NCBI GenBank assembly: GCA_003427395.1
Contig: BFEA01000017.1
Coordinates: forward strand, 1,976,342 to 2,035,109
DNA from: Chara braunii
Lineage: Eukaryota; Plantae; Charophyceae
Direction of reading: 5' to 3'
DNA: 58,768 nucleotides
The notes under the pieces were generated by a model. The model did not search any database. It was given only the letters and a program-made list of their open reading frames with translations, and was not told the DNA's origin. The translations under genes were made by a program, and so were the position numbers. Positions 11,113 through 24,417 of the stretch are shown here, piece by piece; within the stretch, counting starts at the first letter, position 1; each line of letters opens with the position of its first letter.

Positions 11113-13949
11113 AGGGAAATACATTGATGATTGATGATCATTGATGATAATTTGGGATGATTGAGGATGATTTAGGATGATAGAGTGGATGATTGAGGTC
11201 ATGAAATAGAGATAGATGATGACTAATCAGAATGATTGTCTACTCAACACTCAAATACTATCCTATCCCTAATTTCTTGTATCCATTCCAACCAACCAAT
11301 CACAACTGAGCCTGTGCTGTGCACCAATCAGGCCTCTTCCCGGTCTCAGATCCCAATCTGGCTCGGTTACAGGGCAGCGTTACCCACCCCAGTTCCGACC
11401 ATCATCGACCAGATTGTAGCCATTAGTCAAGTTTGCAGATTGCCTTCCTCCCTCGGAAATCCCAGACTACTCAAGCAGGTTACAGGGCACTGCCCCAGTG
11501 TCGGCCAGCGTCGTTTCGGCGCCAACTCAACCTGGCCATTACACAAAAGGCTCCATTAGGAAATTAGCTAAGCTAGAATGCCAACTAGAAATATAGGATC
11601 TGATAATATCAGAATCTTGATAAAAGATCTTTCTGATGATGAAATTTGACGAGTACCCTGAGATGATCACAAAAATGATGGATAATGATGATGATGATGA
11701 TGACTATTCCTCTCCACCCCTCCCCTTCCTCCATGTACTCGCCTCCTCTCCCCTAGTTTCCTCTTCTCCCCTTCTCCTCTCGCTGCCTCCGCTGAGCTGA
11801 ACCCCGCTATCAGCATGAAGTTCCTATCAGCCCCAACGAGAGAGATAACCTCCCCATTCCCTTCTGCCTTGAAGTAACCAGTTCCCCTAAAAGGTGTACC
11901 TCAAATGTAACACTCTGACCTAGTCTGCCTCCGCTAGGAGATAATGCGTCCCCATACATATCTCCCAGTCCCACGCCAGGTCAGCTCCCATCAGCTGCGA
12001 CTACTCCCTAGAGGGCAATCACCTCCAACCTTGTGTTACCCCTGCAGAGTAGCGCTCCCTTCCCGACCGACCTACCTACCAACTAGACCATAACCTATGT
12101 GGGTAAAGAAAATATAACCACCGACACAGAGATAAATACTGATTGATGAAAAAATGAATAAAGCAACCGTGATGATGATGATGATGATAAAGGTTCAGAT
12201 TGGTACATGATGATGATGATGAAATCAAATTGGCGAGAGATAAGTAAAAAACGTTTGACTTTCGATGCCCTAATCGCACTGGTGTGGAAGATTGATAGCT
12301 CACTATTGCTTTAATGAAAATGGAAGACGATGATTCCAATTTTGACGGAGAAGTCCGAATGATGATCATAAAGAAGATAAGGAAGCGAAATGGTGATGAT
12401 GACCACCGTCAACAGTGAAATGCAGATGGCGCCCTGCAGCAAAAAAAGATGGGAAAAGTTATATAATCTCCCCACAATGAAACCTTTGTATCCATTTCTC
12501 CCGAAACGGAAAAAAGGTGCCACAGACCCTAAAATCATTGCATCCGTCATTTTCACACCCTGCAAAACACTTTCCTGCCATTTTTACACAACAGTCGTTA
12601 CTAGCCCAGCCAGGGTGCAAAAATGACACCAAAAGTGATTTTGGGACGCGCCGCACTTGTTGTCTCATTTGGGGGGAAATGGATACAAAGGTGTCGTCGG
12701 GAGGAGGTTTTATGACTTTTCCCAAAAAAGATGCGGGTGACGTAAATGACGAGCAACTTTGATATGTGAAGATCACCAGTGGCAATGTTGATAATAAACC
12801 AACCCTTCTAGCGAAAAAACCTGCACAGGGAACAAAACAACAAAAGAACACAAGAATGAAGAAGAGCTCCCTTGATGATGATCTCGTCGATAATCATCCC
12901 GCTGTGATGATGCTCCAAGCTGGTCCAGCGGTCACCACACTTTGGTTCCACGGGGTTGACTCCACTTTCTTCCACCAACGTCGACTTTCGCCAACACGCT
13001 CAAGCGCCACATCCTCTATAAGGGCATTGCCTATGAGTACTTGACGTGGAAAGCACAGGGGAAACCGACAAGCAGCAACTTCCACCACTATGCTCCCTTT
13101 TCCACAATGCCTCAGGCCAGCCAGCACATCAGCCTGTGATGTGGATTGGTCGAGTGCCTCTGAATGCCACGCGTGCGTTAAGCGCTATTGCCACATCCTT
13201 CTATCCCCTCACAACGTCCTCATGCCAATGCGTCCCCACGCACTAGCTGTCAGCACCATGCCACGTGCATGAAGCCAGCACCACGCCATCCGTCAGTCAT
13301 CAGCGCCTCGCTGCCTACCCGTAGCCAGCGCCTCGCCGTCCGCGAGCAACCACCGCCTCGCTCCTCTCAGGGATCCAGCGCCTCACCACCTTCAAACCAC
13401 CAGCGCCCCACTACCAGCGCACAACCAGCGCCTCGCCACCGATCACTGACCAGCGCCCCGCCAAGCGCACGCTGCCAATGCCACACCTCCAGCACGCGCG
13501 TTGACATCAGCATGCTCTGCCATTGCGTGAGCGCTAACGCGCGCTCGCCGTTCCTTCATTGATGTACCTTGTAGCTTCGCCAGGCTCCCTATCCTATCCT
13601 CAACCGCGTTCGCTTCTTTCGGACTTGCATTTGACAATGTGCATTCGTCACTTCATTGCTGCTGTGTGGTGAAAAGGGGGGAAACTCAACATTGCCACAC
13701 CAGTTTCAAAATGTGCAAGCTGAGAGTGAGCTTCTCGCTAGGACATGGTCAGATGCACCTGCTGCATTTTTGTCTTTTTCACATTTTGAGAGTGTTGTGG
13801 CTATGCCCACTGTCGAAAGGGCGGTTGTCAAATGTTTTTTTGACAGAAGTCCAAATTTTGAGGCTTTCGACAACAAAAAGAGAACGAATCTTCCCCTGGA
13901 ACATGGGGAAAATACAGCACCATATTTTTTATGGTTTGTGCATGCAGTG

Positions 13950-14076
13950 AGTGGTGGAGTTGTAATTCATGGATCCGTACATCTGGGCCTCAACCCTCCT
14001 CTGTGGAAGCACAGTTTTGAACTGGTGACCTTGGCTTCAGGAGCATAGTCTCTTAACCACTACAGCTAGCACACGG
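13950..14076 (-). mobile_element. tRNA-derived SINE remnant
   Basis: Minus strand GCTAGCTGTAGTGGTTAAG (A-box like) ... CCAGTTCAAAAC (B-box like) at tRNA spacing; body 13969-14010 repeated at 14317-14358. Confidence 0.55.
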
Positions 14077-14380
14077 TGTTCGGTAGCGTGACTATACCAG
14101 TCATGATATCCAGCCCACCCCTGCAAGGCTGTAGTGTCGAACTCAACATACACCACACACAACACCACACGGGAAAAAAACACTAAGGCACGACAATTCT
14201 CACACACTTCGCGCCAATCAGCACGTAACCCCCACTGGTACTTATACCTCGTTACTCATTGACAAATGAGACTTATAGCATGCCCACAAGTTCCATGGGC
14301 GCATTCACAGTAGTTTATGGATCCGTACATCTGGGCCTCAACCCTCCTTTGTGCAAGCCAGGCTCATTGTGCCACATTCT

Positions 14381-14592
14381 GGGTATTGCCACACCACTCT
14401 CGAAATGTGCAAAATGAACTTCCCACTAGAACATGGCCGCTAGAACATGACCGTTAGAACATGGCCGCAAGAACAAGGCCGATTTTCAAATTTGTCGTTT
14501 GTGCATGTGGTGAGTGGTGGAGCAGAGATGGCCAGATGTGCTTGCCACACTTTAAATTTGTCTTTTTCACATTTCGAGAGTGGTGGGTGACC
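14381..14592. mobile_element. Harbinger-type MITE
   Basis: CCACACCACTCTCGAAATGTG ... CACATTTCGAGAGTGGTGG inverted termini. Confidence 0.65.
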
Positions 14593-14746
14593 AATACAGA
14601 CCTTAGATGGGAGGGCTGCTCATACCACGCTACTAGGTTCTCCTGGGTCTTAAAAAAAAAAGGGGGTAACATCAGTAGAGTCACAAAAACGAGTTATAAG
14701 TGCACTATGGGGCAGGATACAGTTTGCAATTGCACTTGGGGCCCCC

Positions 14747-16860
14747 TGTGACGCCCAAACCTCACGCCCTGCGCGACTTCCCGATCGGAGTGATGGTGGG
14801 CCTGGAAGTGCAAGAACGGGGTGTGCCAAGGATTTTAGGAAAATGGGGATGGAGTCCCATGTCCGAACTGAGATCTCTTGCATCAAGTTTCAGGGATATC
14901 AATGCAAGTGGGCAGGAGAAGGCTCTGTTTTGGGCCTCATGGAATGGAGGCGGTCACCTCCATGGGTCTTGTTGCCTGGGACGGATTCATGTTATGTGTA
15001 TCGTCTGGACACTATGGCTGTCCCGTTGGTACTGTACCCGTCGTCGACGGGTTTCGCAGATCTCAGAATCGGACGTAGTCGGCCTCAGCCGAAGGCTGTG
15101 CTCCCGTTGTTCGGCTTCCGAGTGGGTTCGCTAGATGAATCCCGATGCTCGGTAGGCGTGGTCTCACAGGCACTCGGAACACTGGGGTTGTGACCAGTAG
15201 GGGGCGAGTGTCCGCGAAGGGGCGAGGTTAGGCAGTGGAAGGGCAATAGACGATGATAGGGAGGGAACTCTGTTTCAAGGATAACAATACCGTGTTCAAC
15301 GATGATTTGACACGTGTATGGGCTGGGACAGTGGGGGAGATGGGAAATACGTTCTAAGGCCCGCCACATATCCCACTCGCATATGCGCTTGTGACGAACC
15401 ACTTTCTGTGCTGCGCGACTTTCTGCGCGATGACAATGAGGGGTCCTAAGATGGGAAGGTTGGGCCAATTACTGGAGGTGGGATCGACGGGAAATTGCAT
15501 CAGTATCCTTGTTTGATCTTGAAGTTCTTTTTACGTCGCCTTTTTTTGGATGGCTGGGGCCAGGGATGGGCAAATCCCAGTATGGTCGATTGAGTGGCTG
15601 GCGCGCCGACAGAGGCGCGATTAATAATGTTTGACGTCGCTTCTTTCTTGTTCTGCTGTCCAGTTTTCGGCGCGGTAATCGCATGGGAGTTTTTGCTTCT
15701 TTCTTTTTAAATTCCTTTTTTTTCGAATCTTGTCGAGGCCACGATGACTCTCGGAATTTCGGACTTTCCTTTCGGGATTTGTGCTTTAATAAAGGTTTTT
15801 TTGCATTTTCGCATTAAATAGGAGTTTAGTAATTTAGTAATTTGGAATTTCTTTTGTCGCGCGGTGCTCTTTGCTCGCGCGTTTCTTCTTGCGGCTGCAA
15901 CGGAACTCTGATTAGTCGACGCCCTTAATCTTGCGTGTAACTGTAATTTTGGGCAGGGCGCCCTTGTAACTGTATCTTTCTTCTTGAGCTTCGTCTTTCC
16001 CGCCCTCTCTCTTCTTTGCTGTGTCTAGTTGGCCCGCGGGCTGCATAATCGATCGATGCGTGGAGAGTGGCTACGTCCCCCACGCCGTGATCTGGCCATG
16101 CAGAACATAGGCATTCCCTCCCCTTCTCTCCCTTCTAAGTCCTTGCAATTTCATGTTCATCGCGCATGCATGCACACTATAAATTTCAGCTCCGCGATTA
16201 GATAGCTCTCTTAAATAGTTGCTGGAAACTCGAGGTTCCGCGATCAGTAAGGATCGGCTCACGAGCGAAGTAAGAGGTGAGTGAAGTGGGAGTTGGGCGA
16301 CTTGACGAGCTGGTGTCAAATGTGAGGGGTTCACGCGTGGGGCTACGACAGACTGTAGCGCGCGGGCGAACCTGACGGGCATAGGAGGACTAAGCGGGGT
16401 GACAACTTCGTGGGTTGGTGCGTGACGATGGACTGTCCACATCGGAGAGAGACAGAGAGAGAGTTGAGAGGGATGAACGTGGGATTGTGCTTTTTCTTTG
16501 TCTTCTCCAAACTTGTACATAAGTTTTGATTTCGTCTTTGGGCGATCCGCCCTTGCTTTTCGATTCAACACCTCTCCTTGTTTTCGCCTTAATTGGCGTT
16601 TTTGCTTGATTTTGATCCCCTCTCTTTTCCTTGTGTATGGGTTCTGCATAAGGGGTGATTGAATGACATGCTCGTTGTTTCTCCCTTTTTGCTCGTGATG
16701 AATGACTAATGACAGGAGTTGTTGGTGTTCTGATGTCTGATGCGTATGATGTCATTTTGCATGATCGAAAACGATTGTTTGCAGGATCATTGAATGATTA
16801 GATGATTGGGTAAGTATTTATGCCACATGGCGATTTTTCATGTAGGATTGAACTCTCACT
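14747..16860 (-). mobile_element. Ty3/Gypsy-like LTR remnant
   Basis: Begins TGTGACGCCCAAACCTCACGCCC; first ~130 bp homologous to 18270-18397 (inverted) and to 30540-30680 (direct). Orientation inferred from the PBS at 18398; right boundary uncertain. Confidence 0.6.
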
Positions 16861-17308
16861 TTTGCACAAAAATCAGCCAACAGGCCCGTGTACGACCGAA
16901 CACCTCGTGTGCACACGTGTAAGTGCGATCTGATCGGCGCGGTCTACACGTGTCCACACATGGGCGATTCGCGATCACTGAGGAACTTGGCACCCCTAGC
17001 ATCGGGATAAGCGCGAAATTTTCTTTTTTTTTTTGCGAGAGTTTGAGCCGGTAGGAATTTCCGCCCCCATACTCGGAAATTCCCTTGTCGATCGAAGTAC
17101 GATCCGATGCGAGCAGAAGGTTCTCATTACGCCGTAGCTAGTGATCCGCCGGGATGCCAAGATGTCGTACCTCGCGGACCAGGAAGGATTGTGGGATCTA
17201 GAGTACAGAGAATACTGGGAGGGAGAACAACTAAGGCTGAGACATCCAGAATTCCCCTGTCTAACCTAGAACGACCGACTGTGTCCCAGGGACTCCCGCC
17301 ACACCATT

Positions 17309-17808
17309 CAACAGAAAAATTCCCAAAGTTAAATAATCATTCTAGAGTAAAATTACATTCTAAATTTTAAAATTTCATTCTATCTTTAAAAATGTTATTC
17401 CAATTTTAAAAATTTTCGTCTTACTTGAAAAATTTTCTTCCAAGAATGGGGTATCCCTTTTTATTTGAACTGCATGCTAGAGATGGAATGAAAGTCTGGA
17501 TTAGTTCATTAAATATTTTAATTAGACTGTCATTCTAAGTAAGGATTTTCAGTCATAAATAGGTTAATCCAATGTAGTAGAATAAAAGTTTAATTAAAAC
17601 ATTTGATAAACTCGTCCAGACTTCTATTCCATCTCGAACAAATAGATCGAGCTGGAAGGGAAAGCTCATATTTAGACAGAAAATTATCAAATTAAATTCA
17701 AAATTTTAGAATTGGATGAACATTGGAATTATAATTTATAAATATGAATGATTTTTTTTTTATGGAATGTTTTTTCAACTTTCATTTCTCGTGTGAACTT
17801 TTCTGTTG
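17309..17808. mobile_element. AT-rich MITE, probably Tc1/mariner type
   Basis: TIR CAACAGAAAAATTC ... GAACTTTTCTGTTG; homologous over its full length to 21448-21969; flanks compatible with a decayed TA TSD. Confidence 0.75.
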
Positions 17809-18397
17809 TAATCAGCGACCCGAGGGCTCCCGACTACCCAACTACGTATAACATGCAATATTTCATATCCCCCAGCTTCGTCGTTATCGCTACCAATTGC
17901 CCTCATTTCCATCTCCTCCTCCCCCATCACCAACTCACAGTGATACCATGAAACTCTATAGCCCCGTATTGGCCCCACATGCCGTGCAGAAATTGCAGAC
18001 GACGCGGCAACCGACGAGCCTCTAGAATTACAGAGCCTAACCATATTGCGCGACGTGAATCACCACATACTCACACCCGGAGATCTGACCTATAGAAATC
18101 ACAACTCTCACAAACAGACCTCTCCCGAACCGCTGTCACTAGAACGGTCGGATCGAACGGCCCAAGATGCACCACGCATGCCATATGCCTTATGCTACAC
18201 GACATCAACCGCCATCAGACCGAAAGTATCCCGTCCCTAAGCCTCATTACACCTACGCCCCTGAAACCTTGCCACATGAGATCTCGGTTCTGACCTGGGA
18301 CTCCACCCCCAATTTCCCAAAAATCCTTGGCACACCCCTTTACGTTCTTTCAGGCCCCCATCCCATTCCGATCAGGAAGTCGCGCCGGGCGTGAGGT
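17809..18397 (+). mobile_element. LTR 3' part, same family as 14747 and 30540
   Basis: Inverted homology to 14759-14878 and to 31523-31562; followed by a PBS. Confidence 0.6.
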
Positions 18398-18410
18398 TGG
18401 TATCGGAGCC
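18398..18410 (+). promoter_or_regulatory. Primer-binding site (tRNA-iMet type)
   Basis: TGGTATCGGAGCC, one mismatch to the plant consensus TGGTATCAGAGCC, directly after LTR-like sequence. Confidence 0.6.
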
Positions 18411-18423
18411 AACACGTGGCACG

Positions 18424-18790
18424 CTACATTGACCCTCGGCCGCGGCCCAGTTCGGCCGTGGCCGAGGCCGCTCCGACCGCGTTTTTTCGGCCGAGGCCGC
18501 GACCGAACTGGGAGGTGGTTTCAGGAGAGGAGAGCGGGTTTTGGGTGGGGGTGGGGCGCCGCATGCCCTCAAAGTGAAAGACCGACAAAATAATAAAAAA
18601 CGGGGGGCCCCTAAACATGGGTCTAGCAGGGTGGGCCGAGAAAATTATTGCGTCCACCGGACTGCGTTTCGTTGATGCGGGTGCATAGGGGGGAAGGTAA
18701 GCAACACAGAAAAAAAAAAAAAAAAAATGCCCCCACTGAGGGTTCGTTTTTTTGGGGGTGGGGCTCGTGGGGGTATTTGGTGGGTGGGAG
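18424..18790. mobile_element. Left end of a CGGCCG-rich MITE
   Basis: Starts CTACATTG; CGGCCG subterminal motifs as in 36170-37157; runs into an N gap. Confidence 0.6.
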
Positions 18791-20994
18791 NNNNNNNNNN
18801 NNNNNNNNNNNNNNNNNNNNNNNNNNNNNNNNNNNNNNNNNNNNNNNNNNNNNNNNNNNNNNNNNNNNNNNNNNNNNNNNNNNNNNNNNNNNNNNNNNNN
18901 NNNNNNNNNNNNNNNNNNNNNNNNNNNNNNNNNNNNNNNNNNNNNNNNNNNNNNNNNNNNNNNNNNNNNNNNNNNNNNNNNNNNNNNNNNNNNNNNNNNN
19001 NNNNNNNNNNNNNNNNNNNNNNNNNNNNNNNNNNNNNNNNNNNNNNNNNNNNNNNNNNNNNNNNNNNNNNNNNNNNNNNNNNNNNNNNNNNNNNNNNNNN
19101 NNNNNNNNNNNNNNNNNNNNNNNNNNNNNNNNNNNNNNNNNNNNNNNNNNNNNNNGGATGGGGGTGCGTATGGCAAAGCAGAGGCAGCCTCAGGCAGGCA
19201 TCAATTTCATTCGTGAGGCTGGTGAAATAACACATTGATTAGCATATCATCCATATTTGGCATACCAAATTCACAACACATTCACAATGAGGGCAACCAC
19301 AACATGCATGTGTGTGGCATCAGCAAAAGATACAATTTGCAACATTGCGACAACAATTTCCGCTCTGCGCGGGACATTTAAGACAACAAAACACTCACCG
19401 AACAACATCGACTCACATGCAAAAGCGAGTGTGGAAGAGGAGCGTGTAGAAGAACAAGACAGTGGAAAAAAAAACTCCACTCCAAATGCATATGTATGTG
19501 TCTGAAGCCAAAAACCGGACCCGTCAACGTCAACCAAACCGTGACACACGGTGCCTCACAAAAAAAACTAAGGCGATCGTACCATCTGTCCCTATGAAAA
19601 CTACCCTATGAAAACAGGGTCATGTACAAAACTATGATACAACCTCGAGCAACAACATCAACATGAATATGAACCTACCCTGTCAAAACGACGTCCTGTA
19701 AAAAAAAAAAAACAAAAAAAAAAAAACTAATAAAAAAGGCACTCACGCCTCCCTCTCCCTGCGGAAGGTCCAGATTCTCTGCCTCCGGAAGGACGCCCGT
19801 GGCCTCTCCCCGTGGACTGTCGAGCACGCGCTCCTCTCAGGCCCCCTCCACCACATGTGCCCTGCGCACCGCTGATGTATGCCGCCTGTGCTACCGCGGC
19901 TGCCGCGAACACGGACGCTCTATGTTTGCGGACTGCAATGTCGATCGGCTCGGACTCTGTGTCCGGGTCCTCGTCCTCGGCCTCCGCTGCAGCAATCGTC
20001 TGTCGCTGCTTCTGAATCGCGTCCAATGCAGCCTGGCCGACGGCGAGCTCTGTTGCGAGTCGAACCTCAACCTCCGTGCACACGTGGTCAACGACACTCC
20101 GAATCTTCGCTGAAACTAATTCTGAAGTGGAGATCTTTCTGTATTTTTGAAGTTCTCTGAATCATGTTTCAACGATTTCAAAAGTGTTGAAAACGTTGAA
20201 TGCCCCTATGTTGAATAAATCTTCAAAATGTTAAGTGTTTACCCCCTGTCTTTGCGTACAAAAACGCTAAACATTCTGAAGATTTTGAACTTGTGAAGAT
20301 GCTGAAAATTTTGAAGTACACCCCCCCTATCCGAGTGTGTAGGAACGCTAAAGATTCTGAAAATTCTGAAGTGGTGAAAACGCTGAAGATTCAGACCCCC
20401 CCCCCCCTCCCCTCCCCATGTTTTGGAGGGGGGTTTGAAACGCTGAAGATTCTGAAAGTTCTGAAGTGGTGAAAATGGTGAAGATTTTGAATCCCCTCCC
20501 CCCCCCTCGCCTCCCTCTGTTTTGTTTGTTTAAGGGGGGGGGGTTCAGAATCTTCAGCATTTTCACCACATCAGAATTTCTAGGATCTTCAACGTCCCCC
20601 CCCCAATCTGAATGTGTAAAACCGCTGAAGATTCCGAAGATTCAGAAGTGGTGAAGATAATAAAAATTCTGAAGTACACCCCCCTCTGTACGAGTGTGTA
20701 GGAATGCTGAAGATTTTGAAAATTCTGAAGTGGTGAAAATGTTGAAGATTTTGACCCCCCCCTCTTCCCTCTGTTGGAAGGGGGGGTTATAATCTTCAGC
20801 GTTTTCACCACTTCAGAATTTTCAAAATGTTCAGCGTTTGTCCCCTTGTCTGAGTGTGTAGAAACGTTGAAGATTCAGAAATGATGAAGATGCAGAAAAA
20901 TCTGAAGTACATCCCCTTTGTCCAAGTGTGCTGGAGTGCTGAAGATTTTGAAAATTTTGAAGTGGTGAAAACGTTGAAGATTTTGAACTCTCCC

Positions 20995-22730
20995 ACCCCC
21001 ATCTCTAGGTTTGTCAAAGCGGTGAAGATCGTGAAAACTTTGAAGTGGTAAAACAACCGGAGACGCTGAACCCACCCCCCCTCTCTAGGTTTGTCAAAGC
21101 GCTGAAAATTGTGAAAACTTTGAAATGGTGAAACGATCGAAAACGCTGAACCTACCCCCCCTCTCTAGGTTTGTCCAAGCGCTGAAAATTATAAATATTT
21201 TTAAGTGGTGAAACAATCGAAAATGCCAAACTTACCCCTCATCTCTAGCTTTGTCAAAACGATGAAGATCGTGAATATTTTGAAGTTGTGAAAGAACCGA
21301 AAACGCTGAACCTACCCTCCATCTTTTGGTTTGTCAAAACGGTGAAGATCGTGAATACTTTGAAGTGGTGAAACGACCAAAAATGTTGAACCCACCCCCC
21401 ATCTCTAGGTTTGTCAAAGCGGTGAAGATCGTGAATATTTTGAAGTAAAACTGAAAAATTTCCCAGAAAATAATATTCATTCTATAGTAAAATTACATTC
21501 TAAATTTAAAATTTTCATTCCATCTTAAAAAATGTCATTCCAATTTTAAAATTTTTCATCTTACTTGAGAACTTTCCTTCCAAGAATGGGGTATCCCTTC
21601 TTATTTAAACCGCATGTTAGAGATGAAATGAAAGTCTCGATGAGTTCATGAAATATTTTAATTTGACTGTCATTCTAAGTAAGGATTTTCAGTCATAAAT
21701 AGGTTAATCCAATTTAAATCAGAAGATATTTGTTGTAGTAGAATGAAAGTTTAATTGAAACATTTCATAAACTCGTCCAGACTTCCATTCCATCCGGAAC
21801 AAATAAATGTAGTTGGAAGGGAAAACTCATATTTAGACGGGAACTTATCAAATAAAAATGGAAATTTTATAATTGGACAAACATTAGAATGATAATTTAT
21901 AAATATGAAGGATTTGTTTTTTATGGAATGTTTTTTCAACTTTCATTTATCGTGGGAATTTTTCTGTTGTGGTTAAACGACCGAAAACGCTGAACCTACC
22001 CCCCTTCTCTAACTTTGTCAAAGCGGTGAAGATCGACCGAAAATTATGAACCCACCCCCCATCTCTAGGATTGTCAAAGCGGTGAAGATCGTGAATATTA
22101 TGAAATGGTGAAACGATCGAAAAAACTTAACCTACCCCCCTTCTCTAACTTTGCCTAAGCGGTGAAAATCGTGAATACTTTGACGTGGTGAAATGGCCGA
22201 AAACGTCGAACCTACCCCCCATCTCTAGGTTTGTCAAAGCGGTGAAGATCGTGAATACTTTGAAGTGGTGAAACGGTCAAAAATACTGAACCCACCCCCC
22301 ATCTCTAGGTTTGTCAAAGCGGTGAAGATCGTGAATACTTTGAAGTGGTGAAACGACCAAAAACGTTGAACCTACCCTCCTTCTCTAACTTCGTCAAAGC
22401 GGTGAAGATTGTGAATACTTTGAAGTGGTGAAAGGGCCGAAAACGCTGAACCTACCTCCTATCTCTAGGTTTGTCAAAGTGATGAAGATCGTGAATACTT
22501 TGAAGTGGTGAAACCACCGAAAATGCTCAACCAAACCCCCATCTCCAGGTTTGTCAAAGCGGTGAAGATCGTGAATACTTTGAAGTGGTGAAACGACCGA
22601 AAACGTTGAACCTACCCCCAATCTCTAGGTTTGTTAAAGCGACAAAAATCGTGAATACTTTGATGTGGTGAAACGACCGAAAACGCTGAACGTACCCCCC
22701 CCCCCCCCCCCCTCTCTAGGTTTCTTCAAA
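20995..22730. repeat. 80-bp tandem satellite, about 16 units
   Basis: ATCTCTAGGTTTGTCAAAGCGGTGAAGATCGTGAATACTTTGAAGTGGTGAAACG recurs at 21001, 21081, 21161 ... 22221, 22301 ... 22621; interrupted by the MITE at 21448-21969. Confidence 0.92.
21448..21969. mobile_element. AT-rich MITE, second copy
   Basis: Homologous to 17309-17808; splits a satellite unit at GAAGT|GGT. Confidence 0.8.
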
Positions 22731-22835
22731 CTCTCGAAACTTATCACGTGCACTGTATGAATTCTAAATTTTATAGGACCCGTTAACCTCCCTCACCACC
22801 GCGGATACGTCCGCCATCTCTCTCTCTCTCTCTCA

Positions 22836-22901
<66 letters not shown>

Positions 22902-23653
22902 NNNNNNNNNNNNNNNNNNNNNNNNNNNNNNNNNNNNNNNNNNNNNNNNNNNNNNNNNNNNNNNNNNNNNNNNNNNNNNNNNNNNNNNNNNNNNNNNNNN
23001 NNNNNNNNNNNNNNNNNNNNNNNNNNNNNNNNNNNNNNNNNNNNNNNNNNNNNNNNNNNNNNNNNNNNNNNNNNNNNNNNNNNNNNNNNNNNNNNNNNNN
23101 NNNNNNNNNNNNNNNNNNNNNNNNNNNNNNNNNNNNNNNNNNNNNNNNNNNNNNNNNNNNNNNNNNNNNNNNNNNNNNNNNNNNNNNNNNNNNNNNNNNN
23201 NNNNNNNNNNNNNNNNNNNNNNNNNNNNNNNNNNNNNNNNNNNNNNNNNNNNNNNNNNNNNNNNNNNNNNNNNNNNNNNNNNNNNNNNNNNNNNNNNNNN
23301 NNNNNNNNNNNNNNNNNNNNNNNNNNNNNNNNNNNNNNNNNNNNNNNNNNNNNNNNNNNNNNNNNNNNNNNNNNNNNNNNNNNNNNNNNNNNNNNNNNNN
23401 NNNNNNNNNNNNNNNNNNNNNNNNNNNNNNNNNNNNNNNNNNNNNNNNNNNNNNNNNNNNNNNNNNNNNNNNNNNNNNNNNNNNNNNNNNNNNNNNNNNN
23501 NNNNNNNNNNNNNNNNNNNNNNNNNNNNNNNNNNNNNNNNNNNNNNNNNNNNNNNNNNNNNNNNNNNNNNNNNNNNNNNNNNNNNNNNNNNNNNNNNNNN
23601 NNNNNNNNNNNNNNNNNNNNNNNNNNNNNNNNNNNNNNNNNTATATATATATA

Positions 23654-24373
23654 CAGGGTAGCCGGCGTTCGGGACGGGCCGAACACCCAAACCCGAACGC
23701 CCGAATGTTTGGGAACCCCTCTCGACGCGTTCGGACGTTCGGCCGAACGCGAAACCAAAAAACAAAAAAAAAGTTTCCAAAAATTCTGGAAAAACAAATG
23801 TCATGCAGAAGAATAAACTAAACAACATTTGCCTCAACAGTACATCCAAATTCCTTACCAAATTTGAAATAAAAATCAAATATAAAAAATAAATAATATT
23901 TATGAAAATAAAAAAAAATAAAACGATAATGAAATTATTGCGTTGGCGAGCAAGTTTTTGACACCGCAATCTTTGGCGATTTTTTATTTTTTTTTGGCTC
24001 TGTCGAATGCCATGAAATTTTATACATATGTATCTTACATAATCGAGAACCTACGAATAAAGTTTTAAAAAATAATAGTTTTTTTTAGACCCCGAAATAA
24101 AGGGAAAACAAAAAGTGAAAAGAGAAAAAAACAAATTAGTAAGTGGGAAAGCAAGTTCTAACACCACCATCTTTGCCGACTTTTCATTATTGTTTGGCTC
24201 CACGGAATGACTTTAAAATTGAGAGACAGATAGTTTACATAACAGAGAACTCGCAAAAAAACAATTAGAAAAAAAAAAAAACCCTTTGAGTTCGGGCCCC
24301 GTACGGGGACCCGAACGCTCGAATGTTTGGGGGTCAGCTTAGGGGCCTCCGTACATTCGGCCTGGCAACCCTA
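23654..24373. mobile_element. hAT-type MITE
   Basis: TIR CAGGGTAGCCGG ... CCTGGCAACCCTA, subterminal CCGAAC/GTTCGG motifs, inserted in (TA)n. Confidence 0.75.
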
Positions 24374-24417
24374 TATATATATATATATCATCACAAATAT
24401 ATATATATATATATATA

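Larger units (their letters stand above)
20081..22750. mobile_element. CAC-terminated non-autonomous element carrying a satellite
   Basis: CACGTGGTCAA ... TTATCACGTG inverted ends flanked by CA on both sides; interior built from TGAAGTGGTGAA repeats. Confidence 0.5.

Noticed and set aside
19727-20080. Ala/Glu-rich minus-strand ORF as a host gene exon
   Set aside because: Low complexity with no domain motif; more likely a transposon-associated fragment.
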